Source: Octopus sinensis (lineage: Eukaryota). From it: a stretch of 64,000 bases of DNA. Under the pieces are notes generated by a model, which saw nothing but the letters and a program-made list of their open reading frames with translations, made no database searches and was not told the origin of the DNA. Location: positions 15,748,001-15,812,000 of the forward strand of contig NC_043022.1 of NCBI RefSeq assembly GCF_006345805.1, given 5' to 3'. Positions 11,496 through 22,618 of this stretch are shown here, one piece after another. A program made the translations under genes and the position numbers. The number at the start of each line of letters is the position of its first letter. Position 1 is the stretch's first letter.

Positions 11496-13459
11496 TACAG
11501 AATACCTACACCGACTTGAGTCGCGAGTGAGTCAAAAACTAGAACTAGTGGGGTTACTTATCAAAAGGGAGCATTGGGTGGTTATTAAATTGGGTGGTTA
11601 TGATGTGGGTATACACGTCTGGGGTAAAATGGTATTACACAAATAAATAGTTGGTTGTGGTTGTCTAAAATAACCTATCACTGAATAATATATCTCTCTT
11701 TTACTTGTTTCAGTCATTTGACTGCGGTCATGCTGGAGCACCACCTTTAATCGAGCAACTCGACCCCGGGACTTATTCTTTTGTAAGCCCAGTACTTATT
11801 CTATCGGTCTCTTTTGGTGAACCGCTAAGTAACGGGGACATAAACACACCAGCATCGGTTGTCAAGCAATTCTAGGGGGACAAACACACACATACATATA
11901 TATATATATATACATACATATATACGACGGGCTTCTTTCAGTTTCCAATACCAAATCCACTCACAAGGCTTTGGTCGGCCTGAGACTATAGTAGAAGACA
12001 CTTGCCCAAGGTGCCACGCAGTGGGACTGAACCCGGAACTATGTGGTTGGTAAACAAGCTACTTACCACACAGCCACTCCTGCGCCATATGTTAACACAG
12101 GATGCACACCGTGTTACTCGAACGTAGGTACGATACACAATACTATTAAACCAACACACATCAAACTAACACGGTAAACCAACACGGTGGAACTAATGCC
12201 ATGAACTACGATCTTTCAGTTCTTAGTTATTGTAATCGGTTTGGGGGCCTATATGTCCCTTTATTAGACTATTTTAAGGCAGCGAGCTGGCAGAATCGTT
12301 AGCACACCGGGTGAAATGCTTAGCGGTATTTCGTCTGTCTTATGTACTGAGTTCAAACTCCGCCAGGGTCGACTTTGCCTTTCATCCTTTCAGGGTCAAT
12401 AAATTAAGTACCAGTTGTGTACTGGGGTCGATGTAATCGACTAGACCCCTCCCCCAAATATCAGGTCTTGTGCCTAGAGTAGAAAGGATTTATTGGGATC
12501 GGTTAATCCATTTTCAGTCAGGTGAGGGGTGTTCAGGATTCTCTCATAACATAAATAGAAAGTTTAAGAGAGATTCTTTAATTTTTCAATGAAATAACGA
12601 TAGAAGCGGTTGAAAGGCATTGTATATAGATTGCCAACAGAGAGGAAGCGTTTGGACCATATCTTCGAGGTGAAACATGAACGTTGCATTGCTCGAATTA
12701 AAACACATTCTTTTTAGACATGTTGTAATGAATGCTATTTACTTTTTTTTTTTTTTACTTGTTTTAGTCATTTGACTGCGGCCATGCTGGAGCACCACCT
12801 TTAGTCGAACAAATCGACCCCGGGACTTATTCTTTGTAAGCCTAGTACTTATTCTATTGGTCTCTTTTGCTGAACCGTTAAGTGACGGGGACGTAAACAC
12901 ACCAGCATCGGTTGTCAAGCAATGCTAGGGGGACAAACACAGACGCACAAACATACACACACATATATAAATATATGCATATATACGACGGGCTTCTTTC
13001 AGTTTCCAATACCAAATCCACTCACAAGGCTTTGGTCGGCCCGAGGCTATAGCAGAAGACACTTGCCCAAGGTGCCACGCAGTGGGACTGAACCCGGAAC
13101 CATGTGGTTGGTAAACAAGCTACTTACCACACAGCCACTCCTGCGCCTATTTGCTACAAACCCTCAGTTCGGTCTTTGAAGGATATCTCTGATTCCACAA
13201 AGATATCAGCTGTCTATTTTTTTTTTAACTGGAGACAATGAAGTTCAGAGCCAACTGCGACCGGTCTTCCGCGACCATCGGCGGAGGACACAAAAGCTCT
13301 ACAAAACCTTTCATCTGCTGGAATGGTGAGTTCTTTGAGTAATTGTACAAATGTGTGTGGTGGGGGTTGGGGTGGGGATCATTGGCGCATCGATGATAAT
13401 GACGTTGACAACGATGACGATGATTGGAAAAAGTGAAAATTTTAGTAGAGAAAATCTTT

Positions 13460-13494
<35 letters not shown>

Positions 13495-13678
13495 TGTAGT
13501 AGTTCTTTTATTTTCCACAATAGCGACGAATGAAATAATGATAATAATAATTGTCATCATTATTTTTTTTTTACTATTATTATGATTATTTTTTTTTTAC
13601 TAATATTAATATGATTATTTTTATTACTATCATTATTTTTATTATTATTGTTATTGTTATTATTATTACTATTATTAC

Positions 13679-13733
<55 letters not shown>

Positions 13734-13828
13734 GTTATTGTTATCATCATTATAGCAAAATGGCTGTAATGATTTGATTTTTTGAAGATGACAACCAGTC
13801 TAAGTCAGTCAATCAATAAACCAAAGGA

Positions 13829-15628
13829 TCAATACGTGGCTAGGTTTTCTCTCATTCTGGTTCTGAGCTGTTGGAAATGGAAGAAGCAATCTTGCATGAT
13901 TTTTTCATTGGTATCCAGCTTCTGAGCTGACGAGAAGTGAAACGGACCAATCAAGAAATTTATCGACTGCATGTTGATGTCGGGGAAATGTCTTTGCATA
14001 AATTCTACGAATTTGATGGAAGGGAAATTAATTCTTTTGTCGGCCACGTCCAGCACGTATTCGTCCTCGTCGGAGAACAGTCGTGTCGCCGGTGTGAACG
14101 CTTTCGATATTTCGGTGATGCCTTCGTTCTCCAGCAGCAAAAAATCTATATATTTGCTCAGAATAAATTCAACTTTCGGTGAACCCGACACAGTCTTTGG
14201 GATTTGATGGTTTTGGAAGACGGGAAAGTAATCTTTGGTTCTGTGGTGGTCGATGAGTTTTACGTCCGCTGCTAAAATGGTGATGCAAAAATTGTCTTGC
14301 GACTTGGAATTTTCTTTTAAAAGGCAATCCTCTTGCATTTCGTTTTCCGTAAACGGTAGTTTTTTGGAAGTGGGTGGCCCCGTGCATGGCATACTGACAG
14401 GCAAATCATTGACATTCTGATAGGATTTCGACTTAGAGGGTAAATCTTGAATATTTAAATTAGTTGAAAATGGTTTTTGATTGGGTAGAAAAGAATAAGA
14501 TGTGGAAGGGTGCAACATAGAATGCAGAAGGTAACAGTTTTGAGGGGTTTTCACGAAGGGCCCTGACATGACATTGAGGTCGGAGAAGGAATTGTTTGGA
14601 GACTGGATGTTTTGCTTATAGGTTGGTGGTACGTTTTGATTCCAACACCTTCCAGGAGGATTTCCTAAGGGGAAAGGATGCGGATAGGAAGGTAAGGGCG
14701 TGTTATATGAGAGCTGAGAAGTTGGACACAGGTAATGAGTGCTCCAGTCTGGACTGACGGATGATGGTGATTGAGTGGGAAGTCCAAGAGGAATCCATGG
14801 CATTTCTTGATTGGTTTTGGTAAGATTCAAATTCGAGAAATCTTGACCAGCAGGAAAATTTTGCGTGACAGGTACGTAGTTGAAATTCTGTTGAGTGGGA
14901 AGAGATGAGACGGACAGCATTGGTGCCAATCCAGGCGAAGGATTGGAAGGATTGGTGCAGGAATTCATCATCGTGTTGTGTTGGTTCTCTTCATTCTCTC
15001 CTGAAAGCAACAACCGAAGGCAAGAGTCCTTGTGGCCATATTGCGATGCGGTTTTGCTTTCTAACTCGTTTTGTTCGACTTCAACCTCGTAAATGTTATC
15101 TTTTAACTTATCTTCTTCTGGAATTATCGTCAAATTGGGTTGAACTTCAAAAAATTTAGATTCCTCTTGTTCTGAATGTGGTAGACAATTCGGAATATTG
15201 CCGGAATTGAAGAAGTTCTTATCGCTAGCGTTTGAGATGTAATCACACGACATATCAGGCGACGGCGGAGATGTTGCTGGTTTCAAATTGTTAGAATTTA
15301 ATTCCGGAAGTTCAAACTTTAACGTTGAACATATATTGTATTTCTCTTGATAGTTAACAATGTCAAACACCTCATTCCGAATCAACTCTTCATTGCTCAC
15401 TTCCTCCTGTTTAATACGAATCAACGGGACTTCCGAGTTGTTGTTATTGCAGTTATCGCTAGCTTCTTCTTCAACCAATAACCCGATACCTTTCGAATTT
15501 TGCCTTACATCCATTTCAGCTTGGCACAGGTCGATCGGCTGTTTATCTAACGAGCTTTCTATCGTCCCACCAAGATTTCCATTATCACCACACAACTTGC
15601 CTTTATCAACTTCGATGTCATTTTTCAT
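13829..15628 (-). CDS. Uncharacterised 599-aa protein (single long coding exon), likely nuclear/regulatory; probably extends to 15921
   Basis: 1.8-kb non-repetitive ORF in an AT-rich genome. Acidic N-terminal part with a SUMO-type IKQE motif and an LxxLL-like LRLLL; P/S/N/Q-rich middle; globular-looking C-terminal ~150 aa that I do not recognise. Splice acceptor tatatttcag| at 15932-15931 lies upstream. Confidence 0.85.
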   Translation of the reverse strand: MKNDIEVDKGKLCGDNGNLGGTIESSLDKQPIDLCQAEMDVRQNSKGIGLLVEEEASDNCNNNNSEVPLIRIKQEEVSNEELIRNEVFDIVNYQEKYNICSTLKFELPELNSNNLKPATSPPSPDMSCDYISNASDKNFFNSGNIPNCLPHSEQEESKFFEVQPNLTIIPEEDKLKDNIYEVEVEQNELESKTASQYGHKDSCLRLLLSGENEENQHNTMMNSCTNPSNPSPGLAPMLSVSSLPTQQNFNYVPVTQNFPAGQDFSNLNLTKTNQEMPWIPLGLPTQSPSSVSPDWSTHYLCPTSQLSYNTPLPSYPHPFPLGNPPGRCWNQNVPPTYKQNIQSPNNSFSDLNVMSGPFVKTPQNCYLLHSMLHPSTSYSFLPNQKPFSTNLNIQDLPSKSKSYQNVNDLPVSMPCTGPPTSKKLPFTENEMQEDCLLKENSKSQDNFCITILAADVKLIDHHRTKDYFPVFQNHQIPKTVSGSPKVEFILSKYIDFLLLENEGITEISKAFTPATRLFSDEDEYVLDVADKRINFPSIKFVEFMQRHFPDINMQSINFLIGPFHFSSAQKLDTNEKIMQDCFFHFQQLRTRMRENLATY

Positions 15629-15657
15629 TAAACTGGTTTCAGGTCGTTGGAAACTCT

Positions 15658-15921
15658 TCAGCTGAGCGTCAAGATTTTTCTGGCTTTCTCTTTGATATTT
15701 TTACCTAACTTCAAATCTTTGTAAGAGCTTTGAGCACAACCACCCCGCCCAGGGTTTGTCTTGCACTTCTTAACATAGTAGGGACTTGATTTTACTGTCT
15801 GACGTTCTTTCTTGTGGTTATCCGCTTTGATCTCCAGGACGTTAGACACTCCCGGAAAATAGGCTTTGGTCACGTAGTCTGGGTCGTCTGCTGGGTTAGC
15901 TTTGGAACGCAGTCTTTTCAT
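15658..15921 (-). CDS. 87-aa upstream ORF (MKRLRSKANPADDPDYV...), either the frameshifted N-terminus of the 599-aa protein or a uORF
   Basis: The ATG is 9 nt after the acceptor. Its frame overlaps the open upstream extension (15700-15629) of the long ORF; one extra A in the A5 run at 15702-15698 fuses both into 697 aa. Confidence 0.55.
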   Translation of the reverse strand: MKRLRSKANPADDPDYVTKAYFPGVSNVLEIKADNHKKERQTVKSSPYYVKKCKTNPGRGGCAQSSYKDLKLGKNIKEKARKILTLS

Positions 15922-16299
15922 TTTTCAAATCTGAAATATAGATACCAATTCTCTAAGACTGGCTGAACCATTTTTTAAAAGAAAAAACAAACAACAAAAC
16001 AACTCATTCAGTTCAAAGACGTTTGGCAACCATTCTCCCTTCTATAAATTAGTGAATCTGTGTGTGTGTGTGTGAGAAAGAGAGAGAGAGAGTGTGTGTG
16101 TGTTTATAGTTCCATCATAGTTTCATGTGAAGTAGTCAGCCTAAGTGAGAAATAGATGAATAAACTATAATTATTTGTAGGTTGGTTGATATAATAATGA
16201 TAATAGTAATAATAATAATAATTTCCAACTTGTCTCTTGAGTTCTCTGGATGAGACTTGGAGCCAACTTGTACAAATGTAAAGCAAAAGTCAAACATAA

Positions 16300-16345
<46 letters not shown>

Positions 16346-16619
16346 GCCCTGATGCAGTACCAGGCAGTGGCTCTCATGGCTTCTGATCTTAACTGATTGG
16401 AAGTGTTATGTACATTGTTTTGTCTTGGTATAAAAGATGGGCTACAGCAAATATTCTGCTCAATACCACAGATTTGCTTGTCAGTTGTTTGACCATAACC
16501 AGTTGAGCATGTCCCTTAGTGGCTGACGATATGTGCATCTCTGATCACGAGCAGAAGTAGTGGAGGAACATCATAGCCATGTCAAAAATTCAAGCCAACA
16601 GCTGGTTGCACAACAACGC

Positions 16620-17615
16620 TGACAACAAAGTCAAGCAATGCGGATGCAAGCGGAAGAGTAAGATCTCCCGCCTTGCAATAAGGTGGCTATTATTTCGGAA
16701 TTCCCTTTTTCTAGAGAGACGCCTAAACAAAGACTAGGGGTTTCCCACTCATCGCTGTCAGATGGTCAATGGCTCTACTGACTTTATCTGTTCTTTGTCC
16801 GGTTTTGTTTTCGTCCAGCAGGGTGTCCAACGATAACGGCACCGCCTAACCAAGAAGGATTGGTAGAATTGCCGGTTAAGTACCCCAGGGGCTCAACCTT
16901 GTGATAGGCTGTACTAGGTTACATGTTATCAGTAGTACTAATAATACATGATGATGGCTGTCCCCTCGTATGGTCATTGCACGAAGCTTAACTGTTATTG
17001 GTGCTGTGATCGAATGTGACTTTTTAGCCCAGCTAAAGATCTACAATGTCTTGTACAAAATTGGCAACTAAGACCTTTACCGGTAAAAAGTCGGCTGTAG
17101 TTGTAACTGGGCTTCATGTACCTTTGCATGTCGTTTAAGACCTCCTGCCGAATTACACTCTCTTCCACATGCCCGGCAGATATGATTAGTATGGTGTGTT
17201 ACACCACCACCAGTGGCCAGGTTGTCACTCATCTGTCTCGCTTTATGACTATGAAGATGACTCTTGAGTCCAGCGTTACTGAGGCAGGGTCTTGTACAGA
17301 CACTGCATGTCAGCATCATAGGAAGGCCCTTCCCATCTGGAAGTATAACAGTGATGCTCTTCCTGGCATCCCTCCTTACCTTCTCATGCGCAACTCGAGA
17401 TTTCTCAAAAGTGGCTGTCCTCTCATGCACAATCCTTCTCCATCTGCTACGATAGCTATGCCCTCCCATGTGTCAGGAGAGATGTAAACATCTCTTAAGG
17501 AAGCCTTCAGCAAGTCCTTATACCTCTTTTTTGGTTTATGTGGGGGTCATTCTCCTTCAGCTAACTCTCCATAAAAGAGTTGTTTTGGCATCCTTGAATC
17601 CTTCATCCTGACCAG
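16620..17615 (-). mobile_element. RTE-clade LINE 3' fragment (ORF2 C-terminus with two C2H2 zinc fingers plus 3' UTR)
   Basis: RMKDSRMPKQLFYGEL...KRYKDLLKASL...WEGIA..RSRWRRIVHE..TFEKSR, then CSVCTRPCLSNAGLKSHLHSH and CRACGRECNSAGGLKRHAKVH; contains a stop and a frameshift. Confidence 0.8.
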
Positions 17616-17653
17616 ATGATCACTTCATCTGAGCCTAATAATACATACATACA

Positions 17654-17858
17654 TAGAACCTCCAGCTTCTCTATACAGGCTATGAATTCATATTCATACC
17701 AATAATAAATTGGAGCACTAGGTTTTGTTAGTAAATACTTAAAGGAGAATCTGGATAAACTGAGATTTTCAGAAAGAGAAATCGACCAGCTAATTCGTAC
17801 ATTACAAGTGCAATCTGTGAGTGGAACAGTAAAAATATGCAAGACTTTTCTCAAGTTC
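17654..17858 (+). mobile_element. RLE-type non-LTR retrotransposon extreme C-terminus
   Basis: ..YEFIFIPIIIGALGFVSKYLKENLDKLRFSEREIDQLIRTLQVQSVSGTVKICKTFLKFQM*; a related remnant lies at about 43745-43890. Confidence 0.6.
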
Positions 17859-17981
17859 CAAATGTGAATTTGCCTGTGTTAACTACATCCCAAAGATGGA
17901 GCCTTGTAGCTTTGTTGGAAACCGGCTCCCTCCTCAGTGGAAGATTTCTAATAATTAGAAAATAGAAGAGATATACATACA

Positions 17982-18301
17982 TACGAGGGGGTGCTGAAAA
18001 GTTCCAGGCTTTAAGGGTGTCGCGAATGATCTGGTCAGTGGCCAAACTTCCGAGCTCTTTTACAGAGCTTAGAAAACCTGAAGGGCCACTGCAATAAGTG
18101 TGTGAATTTTTGAGAAGGGAATGTTTTGAATGAAATCATAATTCCGCCGAGGTCGACTTTGTCTTTCATCCTTTCGGGGTCCATTAAATTAAGTATCAGT
18201 TGCGTACTGAGGTCGATCTAATCGACTGCCCCCCTCCCCCCAAAATCATAATTAACTGATCCTTAAAGCCAGGAGACTTTCTGCACCCTACCCCCGTCGT
18301 A
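17982..18301 (+). mobile_element. Mariner/Tc1-derived non-autonomous remnant with an inserted SINE piece
   Basis: TA-cgagggggtgctgaaaagttcc end with a degenerate inverted counterpart near 18270-18301; remnant of the mariner C-terminus (L..L..HCNKCV...G..); SINE fragment at about 18142-18245. Confidence 0.55.
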
Positions 18302-18399
18302 CACACATAGGCGCACACGCGTATGTATACACATGGCCGGCGTGTATATGTTCAGTTGCTGCACATCAGCCAAAGATGAGTAAATATCAATGAAACAGA

Positions 18400-18575
18400 A
18401 CCCCCCCCCCACAAAAAAAACCGGTGCATTCGAATAAAAATGCCCCGTGGGATTTATTCCACGCGTGTGACGCTCCGGCACCCTCGCTTCGTCACTGGTA
18501 ACTAACGTAAAATTCTACGAGGTTCCCTGATTGGTCCGTTGGTAACCGGCGACGCCAAACTTGACATGAGACATA
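18400..18575. promoter_or_regulatory. CpG-rich candidate promoter with inverted CCAAT box
   Basis: Local CpG enrichment in unique sequence; ATTGG at 18530-18534; lies about 2.5 kb upstream of the 5'-UTR acceptor of the minus-strand orphan gene. Confidence 0.35.
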
Positions 18576-18884
18576 TATTGAAAAACAAAAAAAAATATAT
18601 ATACATATATTTAAAACACAAAATATGAAATATAAAATTTAAATCGATACACAATATAATGGGAAAACTGCAACAACGAAAATCGATGCGATGGTCGTGT
18701 TTGGAAAGTCTTTCGTCGTTATGCATGTTCGGATCAGGAAGGAAGGAAGGACGTTATGGATTGAGGGACCCCAAAACAACTTCAAAACTACCACTTTCTG
18801 ACATTAGAAGAAAAAAACCCTCCAGAAAAACCGTTATACCTATATATATATACACACATATATATATATATATACATACATATA

Positions 18885-18953
<69 letters not shown>

Positions 18954-19448
18954 CATACATATATATATATATATACATATAATATATATATATATATAGT
19001 TATGCAAGACTGTGGATATGATAATAATAATAATAATAATAATAGTGATGATAATAATAGGTAATAATGATAATAATAAGCGGCAAAGAAGTTTGAATTG
19101 TCTTACACGACAAAGGTATTATCAGTGTGTAAAAAATGGAGGAAATTGTTCTTCTTCATTTAAGTCGACGTTTTCATAAAATGAAAGAGAGTCTGCCATC
19201 TGAAAAGAGTAACAGTTTTAGAACATTGGAATAACAGAACAGTGGATGAAATAAAAACGAACGGAATGGAATGGGGGAAATGTTACACACATAGAGCTAA
19301 CGTTTACACACACACACACACAGAAACACACACGCACGCATACGCACACGCACACACAAATATGTGTATGTACGTACGTATGTATGCATGTATGTGTATA
19401 TGAGTGTATTTATGTACATATATATGTAGGTATATCTCCCCCTATCTT

Positions 19449-19482
<34 letters not shown>

Positions 19483-19578
19483 ATATATATATATACATAT
19501 ATATATATGTATATCTATCTTTCTATCTCTCTATCTATCTACCTATCTATCTATCTACCTACCTATCTATCTATCTAC

Positions 19579-19625
<47 letters not shown>

Positions 19626-19626
19626 C

Positions 19627-19657
<31 letters not shown>

Positions 19658-19658
19658 C

Positions 19659-19690
<32 letters not shown>

Positions 19691-19999
19691 ATATGTATAT
19701 ACGTATGTATGTATGTATTATATGTCTTCTGTACCATGTATGTGTATGTACATATATGTATATACGTATGCGTATGCGTATATATACTGTGTGTGTGTCA
19801 AACATCTTTAAGTCAAAATCACCAATGGGACGCCCGAACTCAGTCGGTTCAACGACACAGCGTCCGATTATTTCTCAACGACGCATGGCCTGCTGGGAGT
19901 CCGACTCACTTGGTTTTGCTTTCTTCTTTTCATTTCTTTTTGTTTGTTTTTGGGTTGTTTTAATATTGGATTATTTTCTCAATCGGAAGGGAAATCTGT

Positions 20000-20420
20000 G
20001 ACCGAAGCAGTGGAAGAAAGATTCTATGGCTATCAAGCTTGGTTGGAAGGAAGAAGCATTGAACACCAAGAAGTGGAACTGTTAGAGAATGCGAAGAGCC
20101 GAGAATTGTGGCCGGACATGACCGCCTATGTCATACATTCTGGGCATTGCACCTAAAAGGAGAAGTTTAGTGATGATAAGGACCAAGCAACTGAGATCCC
20201 TTTGTCATGTGATGAGGAAAGAGGACCTGAAAGACTGAAGAGAAAAGAAGCAGAGGAAAGAGAATGATGATATGGATGTCAAACTTGAGGAATTGGTTGG
20301 AAGGGACGAAGCATGAAACATCAGGAAGTGGAACTATAACAGAAGACAAAGAACAGAGAATTGTGGTTGGACATGATCGCCTATGTCTTTCATTTTGGAC
20401 ATAGCACCTAAAAAGAAAGA
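20000..20420 (+). mobile_element. Two RTE LINE 3'-end remnants
   Basis: ENAKSRELWPDMTAYVIHSGHCT* and KNRELWLDMIAYVFHFGHST*, the second followed by an (AAAG)n tail. Confidence 0.55.
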
Positions 20421-22329
20421 AAGCTGACGTTGGCAGCAGCGATTCTGAGACTTGGTGAGATTGTCGAAGACCCTAACGTTCTTTTCTCTTCTTCCTGGTC
20501 ACTTCGAAATCTGCGAAAGAAAAGAAAAGAAAAGATAGAAAGAAAACTGTTACGGAGGTAATCTTCATCGCCCACCCGGCTTAGCACCGCCACCCGCACC
20601 TTTTGGTAGCTTTACCGTAGTCCACCCTGTCAAACATTCGCGACACGTTTTGGGGTTGAGGATATCGTCCTTCTCTCCCATGAATCTTGGAGGAAATGTC
20701 TTAACGCCTGACAAGAATACATTCAAAAATGAATAAGAAAAGAAAAGGAAAAACGAGAAGGAAATTCCAGAGATTGGCCGGATTCTGTCAAGAAATAAAT
20801 GGATGCCGTGATAAGGATGGCCGAGAGAAACCATGGGTGAAGAGTGATTGTGGCCGATTCCGCTTGGATGGTCGCATTCTCCGTCTTGAACCGTGGTTCT
20901 CAACCGTTAAAAAAAATTTTTTTAACTATGGACCCCTTTCATTCCTGTCTTATACTATTGGATCCCCAGGTTTAAAAAAAAATTGTTAGGTTTTTAGAAT
21001 TAAATATTTTTTTCTTTACTCGTTTCAGTCATTAGACTGTGGCCATGCTGGGGCACCGCCTTGAAGAATTTTTAGGCGAATAAATCGGTCCAGGTACTTG
21101 TGAGTTTTTTTTTAAAGTCTCGTACTTATTCTATCGATCTGTTCGGGGACATAAACACACCCAAACCGGTTGTCAACTCACGCACACACACACATACACA
21201 CGATGGGCATCTTTCTACCAAATCAACTCACAAGGCTTTGGTCGGCCCGTGGCCATAGCAGAAGGCACCTGCCGAGGGTCCAACGCAGTGGGATACGAAC
21301 TGTATAAAAGATAAATGTTAAAACATTTTACGTTGTGTGGTAAGTAGCTTGCTAAACAACCACATGGTTCCGGGTTCAGTCCCACTGCGTGGCATCTTGG
21401 GCAAGTGTCTTCTGCTATAGCCCCGGGCCGACCAATGCCTTGTGAGTGGACTTGGTAGACGGAAACTGAAAGAAGCCTGTCGTATATATGTGTATATATA
21501 TATATATGTATGTGTATGTGTTTGTGTGTCTGTGTTTGTCCCCCTAGCATTGCTTGACAGCCGATGCTGGTGTGTTTACGTCCTCGTCACTTAGCGGTTC
21601 GGCAAAAGAGACTGATAGAATAAGTACTGGGATTACAAAGAATAAGTCCCGGGGTCGAGTTGCTCGACTAAAAGGCGGTGCTCCAGCATAGCCGCAGTCA
21701 AAATGACTGAAACAAGTAAAAGAGTAAAGAGTATAACGAATTTTATTGAAGCGTAAACTTTTGACAACCAAATCTTCAAGAGACACCGCACCCCACAAAA
21801 GTCACGTGAACCCCGAGGGAGGAGGAGAAGGAGGAGTAATAGGAGTAGTAGATTGTGTTGTGGAGGTGGAAACTATAGAGAGAGGGAAACACTTGTGTGT
21901 TTGTAGAGATGGAGACGAAGGTGGCATCGAAGAGCATATTGGACGGAGGAGAAGAATACGCACAACCACCCGTAACGTCGAAAACGGGTGGTTGTGCGTA
22001 TATTCTTTACCTTCGCCGCATATTGTTCTTGCTGTTGTGCTTATTTGCCATCCGTTCCTCTCGTCAGTCCCCTTTTTCTTGGCCATTCATCGATCCATCG
22101 ATCCATCTCTGTCCATAGTTTACTGCATCGGTCATGGGGCCGGAGTTCCTCGAGCAATCTCTTCCCTGGGATCCTACCAGAAGTGACCTTCATTACGCTT
22201 TCGGGCTTGATTCCCAATCGCGACCAACTGCGACTATGGATATCATCCAACCATCACCTTACTTGCTATCTTTTTTTATTGATTCCATGGAATTCTAAAA
22301 AGTATGTATTCTAGGAATATACAATATAT

Positions 22330-22618
22330 TTGATGTTGTTGTTGTTCTTCTTCTTCTCCTTTTTTTCCTTCTTTCTTCTTCTTCTTCTTCTTCTTCTTCT
22401 CCTTCTTTTTTTCCCTTCCTCTTCTTCTTCTTCTTCTTCTTCTTCTTCTCCTTCTTCTTCTTCTTCTTCTTCTTTTTTTCCCTTCTTTCTTCTTCCTCTT
22501 CTTCTTCGTCTTCTTCTTCTTCTTCTTCTTCTTCTTCTTCTTCTTCTCCTTCTTCTTTTTTTCCTTCTTTCTTCTTCTTCTTCTTCTTCTTCTTCTTCTT
22601 CTTCTTCTTCTTCTTCCA
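22330..22618. repeat. (TTC)n microsatellite
   Basis: About 290 bp of degenerate TTC/CTT. Confidence 0.95.

Noticed and set aside
20420-20720. Minus-strand exon-like pieces (..RMFDRVDY|DFEVTRKKRKER*)
   Set aside because: Several mutually incompatible splice and frame solutions, flanked by RTE remnants; cannot be supported.
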